A stretch of 64,000 bases of DNA from Candidatus Latescibacterota bacterium (GCA_965200315.1 OZ241362.1:4224001-4288000); one strand, 5' to 3'; numbered from the stretch's first letter, positions 1 through 10,134 are shown. Numbers and translations are program-made. Notes: a model not told the origin generated them from the sequence alone.

Positions 1-99
1 CTAGCTATTTTGGCAAAAAGCCACGGCTTACCCCTTAAAGAGTATCTCAATAAAATTGCCGAAATGCTCTCCCCTTAGGACTTTTCTCGGAGCGTCGGT

Positions 100-609
100 T
101 TATTTGTTGCGATTCTTGTAGCGGCGGCCCCGGTCTTCGACGCGGCGCTCGCGCACTAATTCCATCACCGGGACGCCGTAGCCGCAACTAGTGCCGGTCA
201 GTTCGACCTCAACTTCGATTACTTGGCGTTTGGTGCGCAGGTGTTCGGATTCCGTTTGCAAGAGCAAGGCGGCGTGGGGCGATTCTTCTAGCGAGGTGGC
301 CGAGGCTTGGCCGTAGAGGCGGATGATGCCGGCGTCCGCTCCTGCAAAAGAGCAGACCATGACGGTAATCGGGCCGCCGGCCGTCGCGTGACGCGCTGTT
401 TCGTTGCCGCTGCCCAAGTAGTCGAGAAAGGCCACTCGGTTGGGATCAAGCACGTGCAGCGGTACGCCGCCCTTGGGCGAGAGGTTGACCGGGCCAATGC
501 CTTCGGGACCGGGCGCGAGTGCGGGATCGGCGGAGGCGATGAAAAACAACGGCGCGGCGCGGATCAACGCAGCTTGGTCGTCGGTGATGGAGGGGTAGTA
601 GGTGGCCAT
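100..609 (-). CDS. Pyridoxamine 5'-phosphate oxidase family (FMN-binding split-barrel) protein
   Basis: 169 aa with FFIASA, VNLSPKG, LDYLGSGNETARH and TSCGYGVP motifs typical of the family. Confidence 0.85.
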   Translation of the reverse strand: MATYYPSITDDQAALIRAAPLFFIASADPALAPGPEGIGPVNLSPKGGVPLHVLDPNRVAFLDYLGSGNETARHATAGGPITVMVCSFAGADAGIIRLYGQASATSLEESPHAALLLQTESEHLRTKRQVIEVEVELTGTSCGYGVPVMELVRERRVEDRGRRYKNRNK

Positions 610-630
610 AGGTTTTTTCTTTTGTGGGCG

Positions 631-2409
631 CTAGGCGAGCGTCTCGTTGTATTGCAATTGATGCAGGCGGGCGTAGATGCCGTCTTGGGCTAGCAGCTCT
701 TCGTGGCGGCCCTCTTCGCGTAGCTGGCCGCGATGCAGCACTAAAATTTTGTCGGCACTGCGAATGGTTGAGAGGCGATGGGCAATGACGATGGACGTGC
801 GGTCGCGCATCAGTTTTTCCACCGCCTCTTGGATCCAGCCTTCGGTCTCGGTGTCGATGTGGGCAGTGGCTTCGTCCAGCACCAAAATGTCCGGGTCGGC
901 CGCTAGGGCGCGGGCAAGGGACAAAAGCTGACGCTGACCGGCAGACAGGGCTGCGCCGCGCTCTTGTACCTCGTGCTGGTAGGTGTTGGGCAGGCGGTCG
1001 ATAAAGCGGTCGGCGTTGACATAGCGAGCTGCTTGGGCGACGGCTGAGTTTGACAGCTCGGGAGCACCGAAACGGATGTTGCTGGCAATGTCCCCGGCAA
1101 AGAGAAAGACGTCCTGCTGCACCAGACCAAAGCGCCGCCGCAATGCTTCTACATTCCATTCGCGGATGTCGATGCCATCGACCAAAATTTGCCCGCGTTG
1201 AATCTCGTAAAAGCGGCACAGCAAGCTGATGATGGTCGTCTTGCCCGAGCCGGTGGCTCCGACTAGTGCCAAGCTTTGGCCCGGGTCGGCGCAGAAGGAA
1301 ACGTCGCGCAGGACCCACTCCTCATCTTCATAAGCAAACCACACGCGGCGGAATTCAATGGCACCGGCGATGCGCTTCCGATGCACGGAACCGCCGCTTG
1401 GCTCTGGCTCGGCGTCCATTAGTTCAAAGATGCGCTCGGAGGAAGCCATAGCCACCTGCACGGTGGCGTATTCCTCGGCGAGGTTGCGGATGGGCATGAA
1501 GAAGCGGGGCACGTATTGCAGCATGGCCACCAGAACGCCCCAGGCGATTTCCTCGCGCAGCACTTGGCCGACGCCGTACCACAGCACCAGCGCCATCAGG
1601 GCCGCACCACACAACTCCATAAAGGGGAAGTAGGCTGAATGGTACAAGGTGCGCACCAAGCGGGCGTCGAGGTATTCGTCGGTGCCTTGGTTAAAGCGGC
1701 GGGCGCTGCGCGGCTCGCAGTTGAACAGTTTTACTACTTCTATACCCGACAAGGTTTCCTGCAAATCGGCGCTGAAGCGGGCAAAGCGAGTGCGGGCTTG
1801 GCGGAAGGCTTGGTAGGTGCGGTTTTGTAGCCACAGGGTGGCGGCAAAGGCCACCGGCAAAAAGGCGCAGGTGATAAGGCCCAGCTCGACATCGAGATAG
1901 TAGAAGATGTAAAACAGGATAGAGGCGATGGTGACGGCTTCAGTCACCAACGAGACAGCACCGTAGGTGAAGAACTCGTTGAGCGCATCGACATCGCTGG
2001 TATTGCGCGCCATCAGCCGGCCAATGGGCGTGCGGTCGAAAAATTTGAGCGGCAGGCGCTGTAGGCAGGTGAAGATGTTCAAGCGCACGTCGCGCATAGT
2101 CCATTGGCCGACCATGCTGGTGATCCAGCTCTGGGCGTAGCCGATGGCGAATTGAGCGACCAACAGCGCGGCGAAGAGCAGGACGAGGGTGCCCAAACCG
2201 TCCAAGTCGCCGGGCACGATGTGGTCGTCAACGGCTATTTTGGTCAGCACGGGACCGGCTTGGCGGGCCAGCGAGGCCACGAGGATGAGCAGCAACGTCG
2301 AGACCGCCCACGGCCAGTAGGGCCGCAAGAAACCCAACAGCCTCGTCACCAAGCGGAGGTCGATAGATTTTTTGTCTATTTCCTGCTCGTCGCGGCTGGT
2401 CGGCGGCAT
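631..2409 (-). CDS. ABC exporter, fused permease/ATPase (MdlB/TmrAB-like heterodimer subunit)
   Basis: N-terminal TM domain, Walker A GATGSGKT, signature LSAGQRQ, Walker B ILVLDEAT, IAHRLST; start overlaps res stop (TAATG). Confidence 0.95.
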   Translation of the reverse strand: MPPTSRDEQEIDKKSIDLRLVTRLLGFLRPYWPWAVSTLLLILVASLARQAGPVLTKIAVDDHIVPGDLDGLGTLVLLFAALLVAQFAIGYAQSWITSMVGQWTMRDVRLNIFTCLQRLPLKFFDRTPIGRLMARNTSDVDALNEFFTYGAVSLVTEAVTIASILFYIFYYLDVELGLITCAFLPVAFAATLWLQNRTYQAFRQARTRFARFSADLQETLSGIEVVKLFNCEPRSARRFNQGTDEYLDARLVRTLYHSAYFPFMELCGAALMALVLWYGVGQVLREEIAWGVLVAMLQYVPRFFMPIRNLAEEYATVQVAMASSERIFELMDAEPEPSGGSVHRKRIAGAIEFRRVWFAYEDEEWVLRDVSFCADPGQSLALVGATGSGKTTIISLLCRFYEIQRGQILVDGIDIREWNVEALRRRFGLVQQDVFLFAGDIASNIRFGAPELSNSAVAQAARYVNADRFIDRLPNTYQHEVQERGAALSAGQRQLLSLARALAADPDILVLDEATAHIDTETEGWIQEAVEKLMRDRTSIVIAHRLSTIRSADKILVLHRGQLREEGRHEELLAQDGIYARLHQLQYNETLA

Positions 2410-2421
2410 TAGAGGTCGCTC
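2341..2421. repeat. Direct repeat copy 1 flanking the type III R-M cassette
   Basis: 2378-2421 matches 6798-6841 at 43/44 nt; weaker similarity extends to 2341 and 6760. Confidence 0.95.
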
Positions 2422-5003
2422 TCCTTGTCAAAATACTCCGGCAGCTTGGCTCTCCATTCGCTCATCAGAATCAGAGTGCCTTGCACTGTCTCGCCGTTGC
2501 TTTGGACAAGTTCTAGCTCACCGGCTGGGGTAAACTCGTCCCAACAGAAGTTGTCGGACAGGAAGGACAGGACTTCGCGCTTATAGGCCGTGTCGAGATT
2601 GTCGAGCTGGTCGCCTTTGGTCTCAAGGACGATGACGCCTTTGCCTCGAACGGCGAAGATGAAGTCGGGATAGATTTTGGCCTGCTTCCAAGCCTGAATG
2701 CCGTACTGCGTCCGCGCAACGTTGCGATGCCACCACGAGAGTGCGGCTTCACCGTCTAGGTAGATCGCAACATCGCGCTCGTCTTGGTTCAATTCGCTTC
2801 CGTACACCGGCGCGAACAGGCTCTTTTCTAACGGCCCTCCCGTCGTGCTCACGAGCTGACGGGCATTGTCGGGCTCCATTGTCTCCGCAATAAACGGCAT
2901 GCGCCAATTGCGACCGTCAAGACGCAGCCGAAACTGAATCCGGCCCGCCTCCATCTCCGCCTTGAACAAGGCTTCGGCCCGCACGGTGCGCTCGGTATCC
3001 AAGCCCTTGCGCAGTTCCTCGACGATCAGGCTGGCAAGCCCGCCCAGTTTGGCTTCATCGAAGCCGCGCACCTTCAGGTCAGACAAGAGCTTGCCAACGA
3101 TTTCCCGCCCGACGAATGGGTTGGGCACTATATCTGATATCATCCTAACGGCATACGCGGGATCAAAGGCGAGGGTTTCGGCATTCTTGGCGACCGTCTC
3201 ACCAACGAACAATTCGTCCCCGTCATCGCTGAGTTTGATGCGCTGAAGCTGGCTCTCGGCGGCTTGGGCATTGTCGGGAATACGGGCCGCGATGTCCTTC
3301 GGGTCGTAGCCGCGCCAGTCAATGCACGACAACACATCGGTTTCATAGTCTAGGTCGCGCCCCTCGCCTCCGTCCACAATCAGGACCTTGGGCAGATAGA
3401 TTTCCGTTGAAGCGAAATCCGCTCGCCGCTCGAGCTGCCTCTCCACCCTGCCGCCGCCTGACGTGTCGTCTTGGGAGACCTGCAAGACCATATCCCCGAG
3501 ACCATCTTTCTCAAGACCATTCTTGATAGCCTCCACGACTTTCGCGGTAGCGGTGCGATGGGTTATGACGTGACATTCGTCCAGCGCGGTCACCTCAGCC
3601 TTGGTCGCACCCGGCTGACGGAGAATTCGCCCTACGAGCTGGGTCATGGCCTTCAGGTTGGAATTGGCGGCTAAGGCACAAAGCAGATAGGCGAAGGGGC
3701 AGTCCCAGCCTTCTTGAAGTGCCTGCTTGGTGATGATGAAGCGGACGCGGTTCGTTGGCGACAGAAGGTTCTGGTTTTCTGGCTGGTTCAGGTCGTTCTG
3801 TTCAGCCGTCTTGATTGCGATTTCCGCCTCATCAAAGCCCGCCTTTAGAAGCCAGTCCTTCACGTCCTCCGCATGGATGTGCCCGCTTTCGCGCTGGTCC
3901 GCGCCGGTGCGCTCCACCTGTATCAGCATGATGGGCCGAATGTAGCGCCCCGTGTCGGCCTGCAGCTTCCGAGCCTCGTCGCCCAGATCGCCGAGCTTGG
4001 CGACAGCGGCGTTCAAGGTCGTCTTCCAGTCATTACCCTGCCGGGGATCGAGATTGAGAGGCATCTTGATCATGCCCTCGCGGTCCAGATCGCGCCCGGT
4101 CACTTCGACCAGCACATTCGCGTATCGGCCCTCGCGCGGGTTCCTGCCACCACGCGGCTGCACATCTTGGGGCGTCGCCGTGAGTTCCAGCACGAAACAC
4201 GGGTTGAAACCGTAAAGCGTACGAAACGCCAAATCGGAAATGGCCCGGTGCCCCTCGTCGAGCACCACGACGGGACGGATGATCCGCAGGGCGTTGCCGA
4301 GCGAATCCTTCACCATCGGGAATATGTCGTTATAGCCGTCTAGGTTGGGTGTCTGATCGAGTGCTGCCTTGTGGGCCTGCTGTGCGCCTTCGGGCGGGAA
4401 GAAGCCATGCACATCGCCGCGATCCTGAAACATTTTCAGCGAGTCCTTGTTCTCGCGGTTCGAGGATTGCAGCATCAAGAGCATGACGCAGAGGTTGGTT
4501 TCCACGTCGCGGGCATTGAGGCGGTCGGTCTTCTCCATGAGCTGCACCCGGCCAGCGGCGGCGCGATCAAGTGCCTGCCGGTAGGGGTGTTGGCGGTCCT
4601 TCAGATGCTTCAGCGTCTGGGTGTAGATCGCTTCGTTGGGGACGACCCATAGTACAAAGCCGGTGTTGCGATTGAGATAGCGGCCCATAATCCGCGAGAC
4701 GGCAGAGACCGCGAGATAGGTCTTGCCACCGCCGGTTGGGACCTTCAGGACGGCGTTTGGTACGGGCCGGTCGCACCCGTCTAGGCGGGGCGAAAAAGGA
4801 ATCGCCGCACGGGAGGCCGGGAGGTTTGCTCTCAGGGCCTCCCATGCCTCTTGGGCGAAATCTGGGAGCGGGAGGTTGAGATAGGGGTTTTCTACGGCCA
4901 GTGCGACGATCTGGTCGGATCGGGCCTTTTTCTCCTGCAGAAGATCGAGATGAGCGTCAATGGCCGTAAGGGCGCGGTCCTGGTAGTTGAGCTGGCGGAA
5001 CAT
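2409..5003 (-). CDS. res: Type III restriction endonuclease subunit (SF2 helicase plus PD-(D/E)xK nuclease)
   Basis: VPTGGGKT, DEGH, ELTATP, LQEGWDCP, QLVGRILR, C-terminal YPDF...LETKG; directly downstream of mod. Confidence 0.92.
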   Translation of the reverse strand: MFRQLNYQDRALTAIDAHLDLLQEKKARSDQIVALAVENPYLNLPLPDFAQEAWEALRANLPASRAAIPFSPRLDGCDRPVPNAVLKVPTGGGKTYLAVSAVSRIMGRYLNRNTGFVLWVVPNEAIYTQTLKHLKDRQHPYRQALDRAAAGRVQLMEKTDRLNARDVETNLCVMLLMLQSSNRENKDSLKMFQDRGDVHGFFPPEGAQQAHKAALDQTPNLDGYNDIFPMVKDSLGNALRIIRPVVVLDEGHRAISDLAFRTLYGFNPCFVLELTATPQDVQPRGGRNPREGRYANVLVEVTGRDLDREGMIKMPLNLDPRQGNDWKTTLNAAVAKLGDLGDEARKLQADTGRYIRPIMLIQVERTGADQRESGHIHAEDVKDWLLKAGFDEAEIAIKTAEQNDLNQPENQNLLSPTNRVRFIITKQALQEGWDCPFAYLLCALAANSNLKAMTQLVGRILRQPGATKAEVTALDECHVITHRTATAKVVEAIKNGLEKDGLGDMVLQVSQDDTSGGGRVERQLERRADFASTEIYLPKVLIVDGGEGRDLDYETDVLSCIDWRGYDPKDIAARIPDNAQAAESQLQRIKLSDDGDELFVGETVAKNAETLAFDPAYAVRMISDIVPNPFVGREIVGKLLSDLKVRGFDEAKLGGLASLIVEELRKGLDTERTVRAEALFKAEMEAGRIQFRLRLDGRNWRMPFIAETMEPDNARQLVSTTGGPLEKSLFAPVYGSELNQDERDVAIYLDGEAALSWWHRNVARTQYGIQAWKQAKIYPDFIFAVRGKGVIVLETKGDQLDNLDTAYKREVLSFLSDNFCWDEFTPAGELELVQSNGETVQGTLILMSEWRAKLPEYFDKESDL

Positions 5004-5007
5004 GTCA

Positions 5008-6627
5008 TCAGCTCGGGTCTATGCGATAGAGCGCGTAGGGCAGGGGCACAAACTCTACGGGGATGTTCTGCTCGGCCAGCATCTTCTGGCTCACGAAGCG
5101 GGTAGAGGCAAAGACTAGGTGGCGCTTGTCCGGGGCCGTCTCTGCAAATTTCTTGGCACGGGTGAGTGTCAGCGCGGAGTCAGGTGACTTCAGATAGTCG
5201 AGATCGGGTTTGTAGATCAGCCAGACATGCTGGCCCGCGGTCGCGCCGAGATAGAAGTCCGCCTCGCGCACGGTCGCGGGCGTGAGGGCACTATTGGTCG
5301 CCATGTGGAACAGGGATGCACCAATTCCCGAATAGGAAGGCAGCGTTTCGCCGCTCAGTATCTTATCTAGTTCGACCGGGGAGCCTAGGGTGTAATAGGT
5401 GAAGGTGCCGCCCAGCCCTTCCCGCAACGACTGGTCGTGGGCCGAAGGTACGCCCTTGATGGCGTGGCGCACCCGCTCGGCGGTAGTTGTGTCGGCGTAT
5501 TTCTCGCACTCCACCAAGATAAACTTGCGATTGCCGCCATCCTCTTTATTGAGTGCCAAGACGGCGTGGGCGGTGGTGCCGCTGCCAGCAAAAGAGTCGA
5601 GAACGATAGCGTCTTTTCTACGCAATATCGCCAGCAAAAACTTCACTAGTTTTGTCGGTTTGGGTTGCGGAAATACTCCCCCCGTGCCGAATAGCTCTTG
5701 CAGCTCTCGGGTGCCGTCCTTGTTGAACCCCACCTCTTCTGGCGAAAGAATCGCGTCAGGTGGTTGCCCCTCTTGGACTTCATTCAGATACCGTTTTGCT
5801 TTGGGTTCTCTGCCGGAGAATACAATGCGATTCTGCTGCTCCATTTCTCGCAATTTGCATTTCGAGTACCTAGGGTATTTTCCAGAGGGAGGCTGCCAAA
5901 TGGTGCCATTTGCGAAGGTGAATGTGTAAGGTTCGTAATAGTTTCTTGCATGGATAGGATCAAGCTTGTACTGGCCGCGCCCATCATTGTCATCATGTGG
6001 ATACTTGCTTGCCTTGTCGGTAATGTGTCGAATGTAACGGGCCTTTTCTGAACTAAACCATGTCTTGTCCTTTGCATAGGCGAGAACATAGTCGGCGTTG
6101 AGGTTAAAGTCCTTGCTGGAATTGCGGACGGTGTGCATTGCTCTTCTCGTGAGAACAGCAAAAAAATTGATGTCACCGAAAACTTCATCCATTAACATCC
6201 GTAGATGGTGCTGCTCGTTATCGTCAATGGACACGAAAATCACGCCGTTATCGGCCAGTAATTCCCGTAGTAATCGCAGACGGGGCCACATCATTGCACA
6301 CCACTTGTCGTGGCGTAGACCGTCCTCAATCCCTACCGGGTTTGAATTGATCCACTCCTTGATCACGGGAGAATTTACGTTGTCGTTATAGCACCAGCCT
6401 TCGTTACCGGTGTTGTAGGGCGGGTCGATGTAGACGCAGTCCACCTTGCCCGCGTAGAGCGGCAGAAGTGCCTTGAGGGCGTGTAAGTTGTCGCCGTGAA
6501 TGATCAGGTTGCCGTCGAGCGCGACCGGGCCAATGCCCTTGGTCGCGTCCGGGACGAGCGGACGGAAGGGTACGGCAAGATGATGATTATAGACAAATTC
6601 CTTGCCCTTGAAATTCAGATCGGTCAT
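5008..6627 (-). CDS. mod: Type III R-M DNA methyltransferase (beta class, N6-adenine)
   Basis: IIHGDNL, YIDPPYNTG, FVSIDDNE, PKPTKL, LDSFAGSGTT motifs; lower-GC central target-recognition region. Confidence 0.95.
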   Translation of the reverse strand: MTDLNFKGKEFVYNHHLAVPFRPLVPDATKGIGPVALDGNLIIHGDNLHALKALLPLYAGKVDCVYIDPPYNTGNEGWCYNDNVNSPVIKEWINSNPVGIEDGLRHDKWCAMMWPRLRLLRELLADNGVIFVSIDDNEQHHLRMLMDEVFGDINFFAVLTRRAMHTVRNSSKDFNLNADYVLAYAKDKTWFSSEKARYIRHITDKASKYPHDDNDGRGQYKLDPIHARNYYEPYTFTFANGTIWQPPSGKYPRYSKCKLREMEQQNRIVFSGREPKAKRYLNEVQEGQPPDAILSPEEVGFNKDGTRELQELFGTGGVFPQPKPTKLVKFLLAILRRKDAIVLDSFAGSGTTAHAVLALNKEDGGNRKFILVECEKYADTTTAERVRHAIKGVPSAHDQSLREGLGGTFTYYTLGSPVELDKILSGETLPSYSGIGASLFHMATNSALTPATVREADFYLGATAGQHVWLIYKPDLDYLKSPDSALTLTRAKKFAETAPDKRHLVFASTRFVSQKMLAEQNIPVEFVPLPYALYRIDPS

Positions 6628-6759
6628 CTCGTCTCCTCGCCTTGTTCTTTGTTTGCCCGAGCGTCATTTCGCCCTTTGCTGGCGTTGATTTGAAATTGTG
6701 ATTGTCACTGCCAGGGACCAACGGCGCACTGTTGCTAGCATATACGCGAACTGCCTAAA

Positions 6760-6841
6760 CCTCGTCAAGCAAGCCCCGGTCAATGGATTTTTGCTCGATT
6801 TCCTGCTCGTCGCGGCTGATCGGCGGCATTAGAGGTCGCTC
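6760..6841. repeat. Direct repeat copy 2: end of upstream ABC gene plus vestigial 24-codon 5' stub of the downstream ABC gene
   Basis: Minus strand from 6829 reads MPPISRDEQEIEQKSIDRGLLDEV*, versus MPPTSRDEQEIDKKSIDLRLVTRLL at 2409. Confidence 0.93.
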
Positions 6842-8574
6842 AATTCATCGGTGAGGTGCTGGCGGCGGTACATATCAGCATACAGGCCATCGTGCGCGAG
6901 CAATTCGCCGTGGGTGCCCTCTTCGACAATGCGCCCTTCGTCGAGCACAATGATGTGATCCGCGGCCATGACGGTAGAGATGCGATGGGCGATGAGGATG
7001 GTGGTGCGCTCGGCCATGATGTCGCGCAGGCGCGTGAGGATTTGCTCTTCGGTGCGGGTATCGACGCTGGCTAGGGCGTCGTCGAGGATGAGGATTTTCG
7101 GTTGCCGCACCACCGAACGAGCTAAGGCCGTGCGCTGCTTTTGCCCGCCCGACAAGGTGACGCCGCGCTCGCCGACGATGGTGTCCAGCCCTTGGGGAAA
7201 GGTCTTGAGATCCGCGGCTAGTTGGGCCACCTCAACAGCGCGTTCGACCGCGTCCGCAGCGGCTGAGTCGAGGGCGATGTTGTCGCGGATGCTCTCGGAG
7301 AACAGGAAGGTGTCCTGCGGCACGTAGCCGATGGCGTCGCGGAAGGTGCGCAACGGCATATGTTCAATGGGTTTGCCGTCGATGAGGATTTGGCCCTCGC
7401 CGGCTTGGATGAGGCGGGGGATGAGCCGAGCCAGCGTGCTCTTGCCCGACCCGACCCGCCCGACGATGGCTAGGGTGCTGCCGGCCGGAATGTGAACATC
7501 TATATCGCGCACCACGGTTTGGCCATTGTAAGCAAAGGAGGCGCGGCGGAATTCGATTTCGCCTTTGATCGCCAAGCCGGCGTCTTGGTACTGGTCGGGC
7601 TGGGGCTGTTGTTTGAGCACGGACTCGATGCGCAGCATGGAAGCCATGGCGCGCTGGTATTCATCGACGATGCGGCCCATCATCATCATCGGGCGGCTCA
7701 TGCGGATCAAGTAGGCGTTGAAGGCGACAAAGGCCCCCAAGGTGAGCGTCCCTTCGACGACGCGGATGCCGCCGAGCCACAGAATGAACACCATGGACAG
7801 GCCGCTGATGAGGAAGGTGAAGGGGAAAAACGCGCTGTAGAGGTAGATTAGGCTGCGGTTGCGCTCGACGTACTCGTCGTTGAGCCGGGTGAAGTGGTCG
7901 ATCTCACGGCGACAGCGGGCAAATGCCTTGACCACGCGTACGCCCGCGAGGTTTTCCTGCAAGCAGGTGCTAATGGCGGCAAATTGCTCTTGCACCATGC
8001 GATAGCGTCGGCGCACTCTGCTGCCCACCACGCGCAAAATCGCGGTCATAATGGGCATGGGCAACAGCGCGTAGAGGGTCAGTTCCCAGTCGTACAGGCA
8101 CATGGCTACCATGCTGAAGCTGAAGCCGAGCAGGGCCCCTAGGAACATGCGGAAGCCGTGGCTGAGGTAGCGCTGCACGGCTTCGACGTCGTTGGTCGCC
8201 CGCGCCATCAAATCGCCGGTGCGGGCCTGTTGGAAGTAGCCCAAGGGCAAGGTGAGCAGGTGGGCGAAGTAGCGCTGGCGGATGTCGCGCTCGATGCGGA
8301 ACGAGGTGGCGGCCAAGTGCCAGCGCATGCCAAAGGCCATGCTCCACTGCGCCAAGCCCAAGCCGACTATGAGGGCGGCGTAGTGCGCGAGGAAAGTCAG
8401 GTTGGGTGTGGCTTGGTCTAGGCTGGCTTGGGCTTGGTCAATGGCGCGTTCGAGGACGAGGGGGATAGAGACGGAAACGAGCTGTTCGCCCAGCAAAAAG
8501 GCTAGGCCGATGACTAAGGCCCAGCGATATGGGCGGAGGTACGAGGCGAACGGTTTGAAGGGATTGAGACTCAT
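6829..8574 (-). CDS. ABC exporter, fused permease/ATPase (MdlA-like heterodimer subunit, degenerate Walker B)
   Basis: TM domain, GRVGSGKS, LSGGQKQR, ILDDALASVD, IAHRIST. Confidence 0.95.
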   Translation of the reverse strand: MSLNPFKPFASYLRPYRWALVIGLAFLLGEQLVSVSIPLVLERAIDQAQASLDQATPNLTFLAHYAALIVGLGLAQWSMAFGMRWHLAATSFRIERDIRQRYFAHLLTLPLGYFQQARTGDLMARATNDVEAVQRYLSHGFRMFLGALLGFSFSMVAMCLYDWELTLYALLPMPIMTAILRVVGSRVRRRYRMVQEQFAAISTCLQENLAGVRVVKAFARCRREIDHFTRLNDEYVERNRSLIYLYSAFFPFTFLISGLSMVFILWLGGIRVVEGTLTLGAFVAFNAYLIRMSRPMMMMGRIVDEYQRAMASMLRIESVLKQQPQPDQYQDAGLAIKGEIEFRRASFAYNGQTVVRDIDVHIPAGSTLAIVGRVGSGKSTLARLIPRLIQAGEGQILIDGKPIEHMPLRTFRDAIGYVPQDTFLFSESIRDNIALDSAAADAVERAVEVAQLAADLKTFPQGLDTIVGERGVTLSGGQKQRTALARSVVRQPKILILDDALASVDTRTEEQILTRLRDIMAERTTILIAHRISTVMAADHIIVLDEGRIVEEGTHGELLAHDGLYADMYRRQHLTDELSDL

Positions 8575-8678
8575 GCGCTGTTTGGTGGGCCGCTCATAAC
8601 CTATTTAGACTATACATATTTATAACCTGTGTCAAAGTAAGCGGGCGTTGCCCTAGCGACTACGAGGAGACGCACCAA

Positions 8679-9533
8679 ATGAATGCTTTCCGAATGACCG
8701 CCGACGAGCTCCAGCGTTGGGAGCGCGATGGATATTTTGTGCGCGCCAACGTCTTTTCACACGAGGAAAACGATCACTTGCGGCAGGTGGCCGAAGACGT
8801 TGTCGCCGGGAAACGCAGCATGCCTATGGCGCACATCGACCGCAATGCCTTGGTCCGCGACGGCAAAGACGCACGAGCGGGTGTCTATGGTATGCACAAG
8901 ATCCATCACCCCAGTTGCTACATCCCGGAGTTCCTCGCCCGCGTCCGCGATCCGCGCCTGACCGATCCGCTCGTGGATATTCTCGGCCCAGACATTCTGG
9001 GCATCAACAACCTCTTCATCTGGAAAGCTCCTGAAATCGGCTTGGGATTCCCGTGGCACCAAGACAAGTTTTACTTTGGCAAGCGGTTCAAAACCGCAAC
9101 GACCGTCGGCACTTGGACGGCAATCGACCCCGCCGATCGCGAAAACGGGTGCCTATACGTGATTCCTGGCAGTCACCAACAGGCCATTGCCGAACACGAC
9201 GACATTGAGGGGTCGCAGCAGACAGAATTCAAACTGGCCCGCAATGCCCGCGACGAGGACGGCCTGGCCGTGGAAGTTCCACCCGGTGCGGTCATTTGGT
9301 TTCACTCTCATCTGTTGCACAAAAGCACCAACAACCACAGCCAGCGATTTAGACGCAGCTATGTGTCTCATTACTTAAGCGCACAGGCTGAATGGTCTGA
9401 TCCAGAAAAAGCTGGCAAAGGTCAGCCGATTATGTGGGTACGAGGACGGACGTTCCCCGGCAAAGTTCGGGAGGTTACACGCGACGTTCTGCCCGTTCCC
9501 GACAAAAACTGTGAGAGAGGAGCACGTCCATGA
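8679..9533 (+). CDS. Phytanoyl-CoA dioxygenase (PhyH) family Fe(II)/2OG dioxygenase
   Basis: WHQD, ENGCLYVIPGSH, FHSHLLHKS..N.S...RR; SD AGGAG upstream. Confidence 0.92.
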   Translation: MNAFRMTADELQRWERDGYFVRANVFSHEENDHLRQVAEDVVAGKRSMPMAHIDRNALVRDGKDARAGVYGMHKIHHPSCYIPEFLARVRDPRLTDPLVDILGPDILGINNLFIWKAPEIGLGFPWHQDKFYFGKRFKTATTVGTWTAIDPADRENGCLYVIPGSHQQAIAEHDDIEGSQQTEFKLARNARDEDGLAVEVPPGAVIWFHSHLLHKSTNNHSQRFRRSYVSHYLSAQAEWSDPEKAGKGQPIMWVRGRTFPGKVREVTRDVLPVPDKNCERGARP

Positions 9534-10027
9534 AACTCGTCGCTTTTGTCTTATTTTTGTCCTTTTATTGGGCTCTCCATACGCAAGCTCAGACTGGAAA
9601 TATCGATCGTCATCGCGTAAGGGCTGAGCAGCTTAGCTACGAAAAATTCGCCGAGTCTGTTGAGAGTACCAGAAGCCTCCTAGCGGAGTTACAAGAAGTT
9701 ACCCGTTTGCTGGCCGAACACTGCAACCTAGAAAAGGTGCGCAATCAGGGCTCCATTCATACGAGCAACCTACCGCAGGACACAACGGTGGTTTTCGCAG
9801 TCCCTTCAGAAAAACTCGCCGAGTATCGTTGTCTGAACTGGGAAACGCAAAACATAGGGTTACCAAATCTCCTACAGAGGATCGCGGGCTACGGGTTGGT
9901 AAGTCGAGCAGAGCTCTTGAGACTGCAAGTTGAAAACATGAAGCACAAAAGACGTTGGTCCCAACTATTTCGGTTGTCAGCTCAGATTAGTGAAATGCTG
10001 TCGGAGGATGACGCAGATGAGAAGTAG
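9530..10027 (+). CDS. Hypothetical secreted protein, lower GC
   Basis: ATGA overlap with PhyH stop, signal-peptide-like N-terminus MKLVAFVLFLSFYWALHTQA; no recognised family. Confidence 0.6.
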   Translation: MKLVAFVLFLSFYWALHTQAQTGNIDRHRVRAEQLSYEKFAESVESTRSLLAELQEVTRLLAEHCNLEKVRNQGSIHTSNLPQDTTVVFAVPSEKLAEYRCLNWETQNIGLPNLLQRIAGYGLVSRAELLRLQVENMKHKRRWSQLFRLSAQISEMLSEDDADEK

Positions 10028-10134
10028 CCACGTAGATCTGTACAATCACGACGAGGATGCGGCTACGTATGATCAGGGCGTCATTGGCAGCGGCTCGTCG
10101 CCCGTGAGGCGTTGCAAAGATTCATTCATGTCTG

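Noticed and set aside
5008-6627. Phase-variable simple sequence repeat in mod (phasevarion)
   Set aside because: No tandem tract or long homopolymer seen in the gene, and the frame is intact
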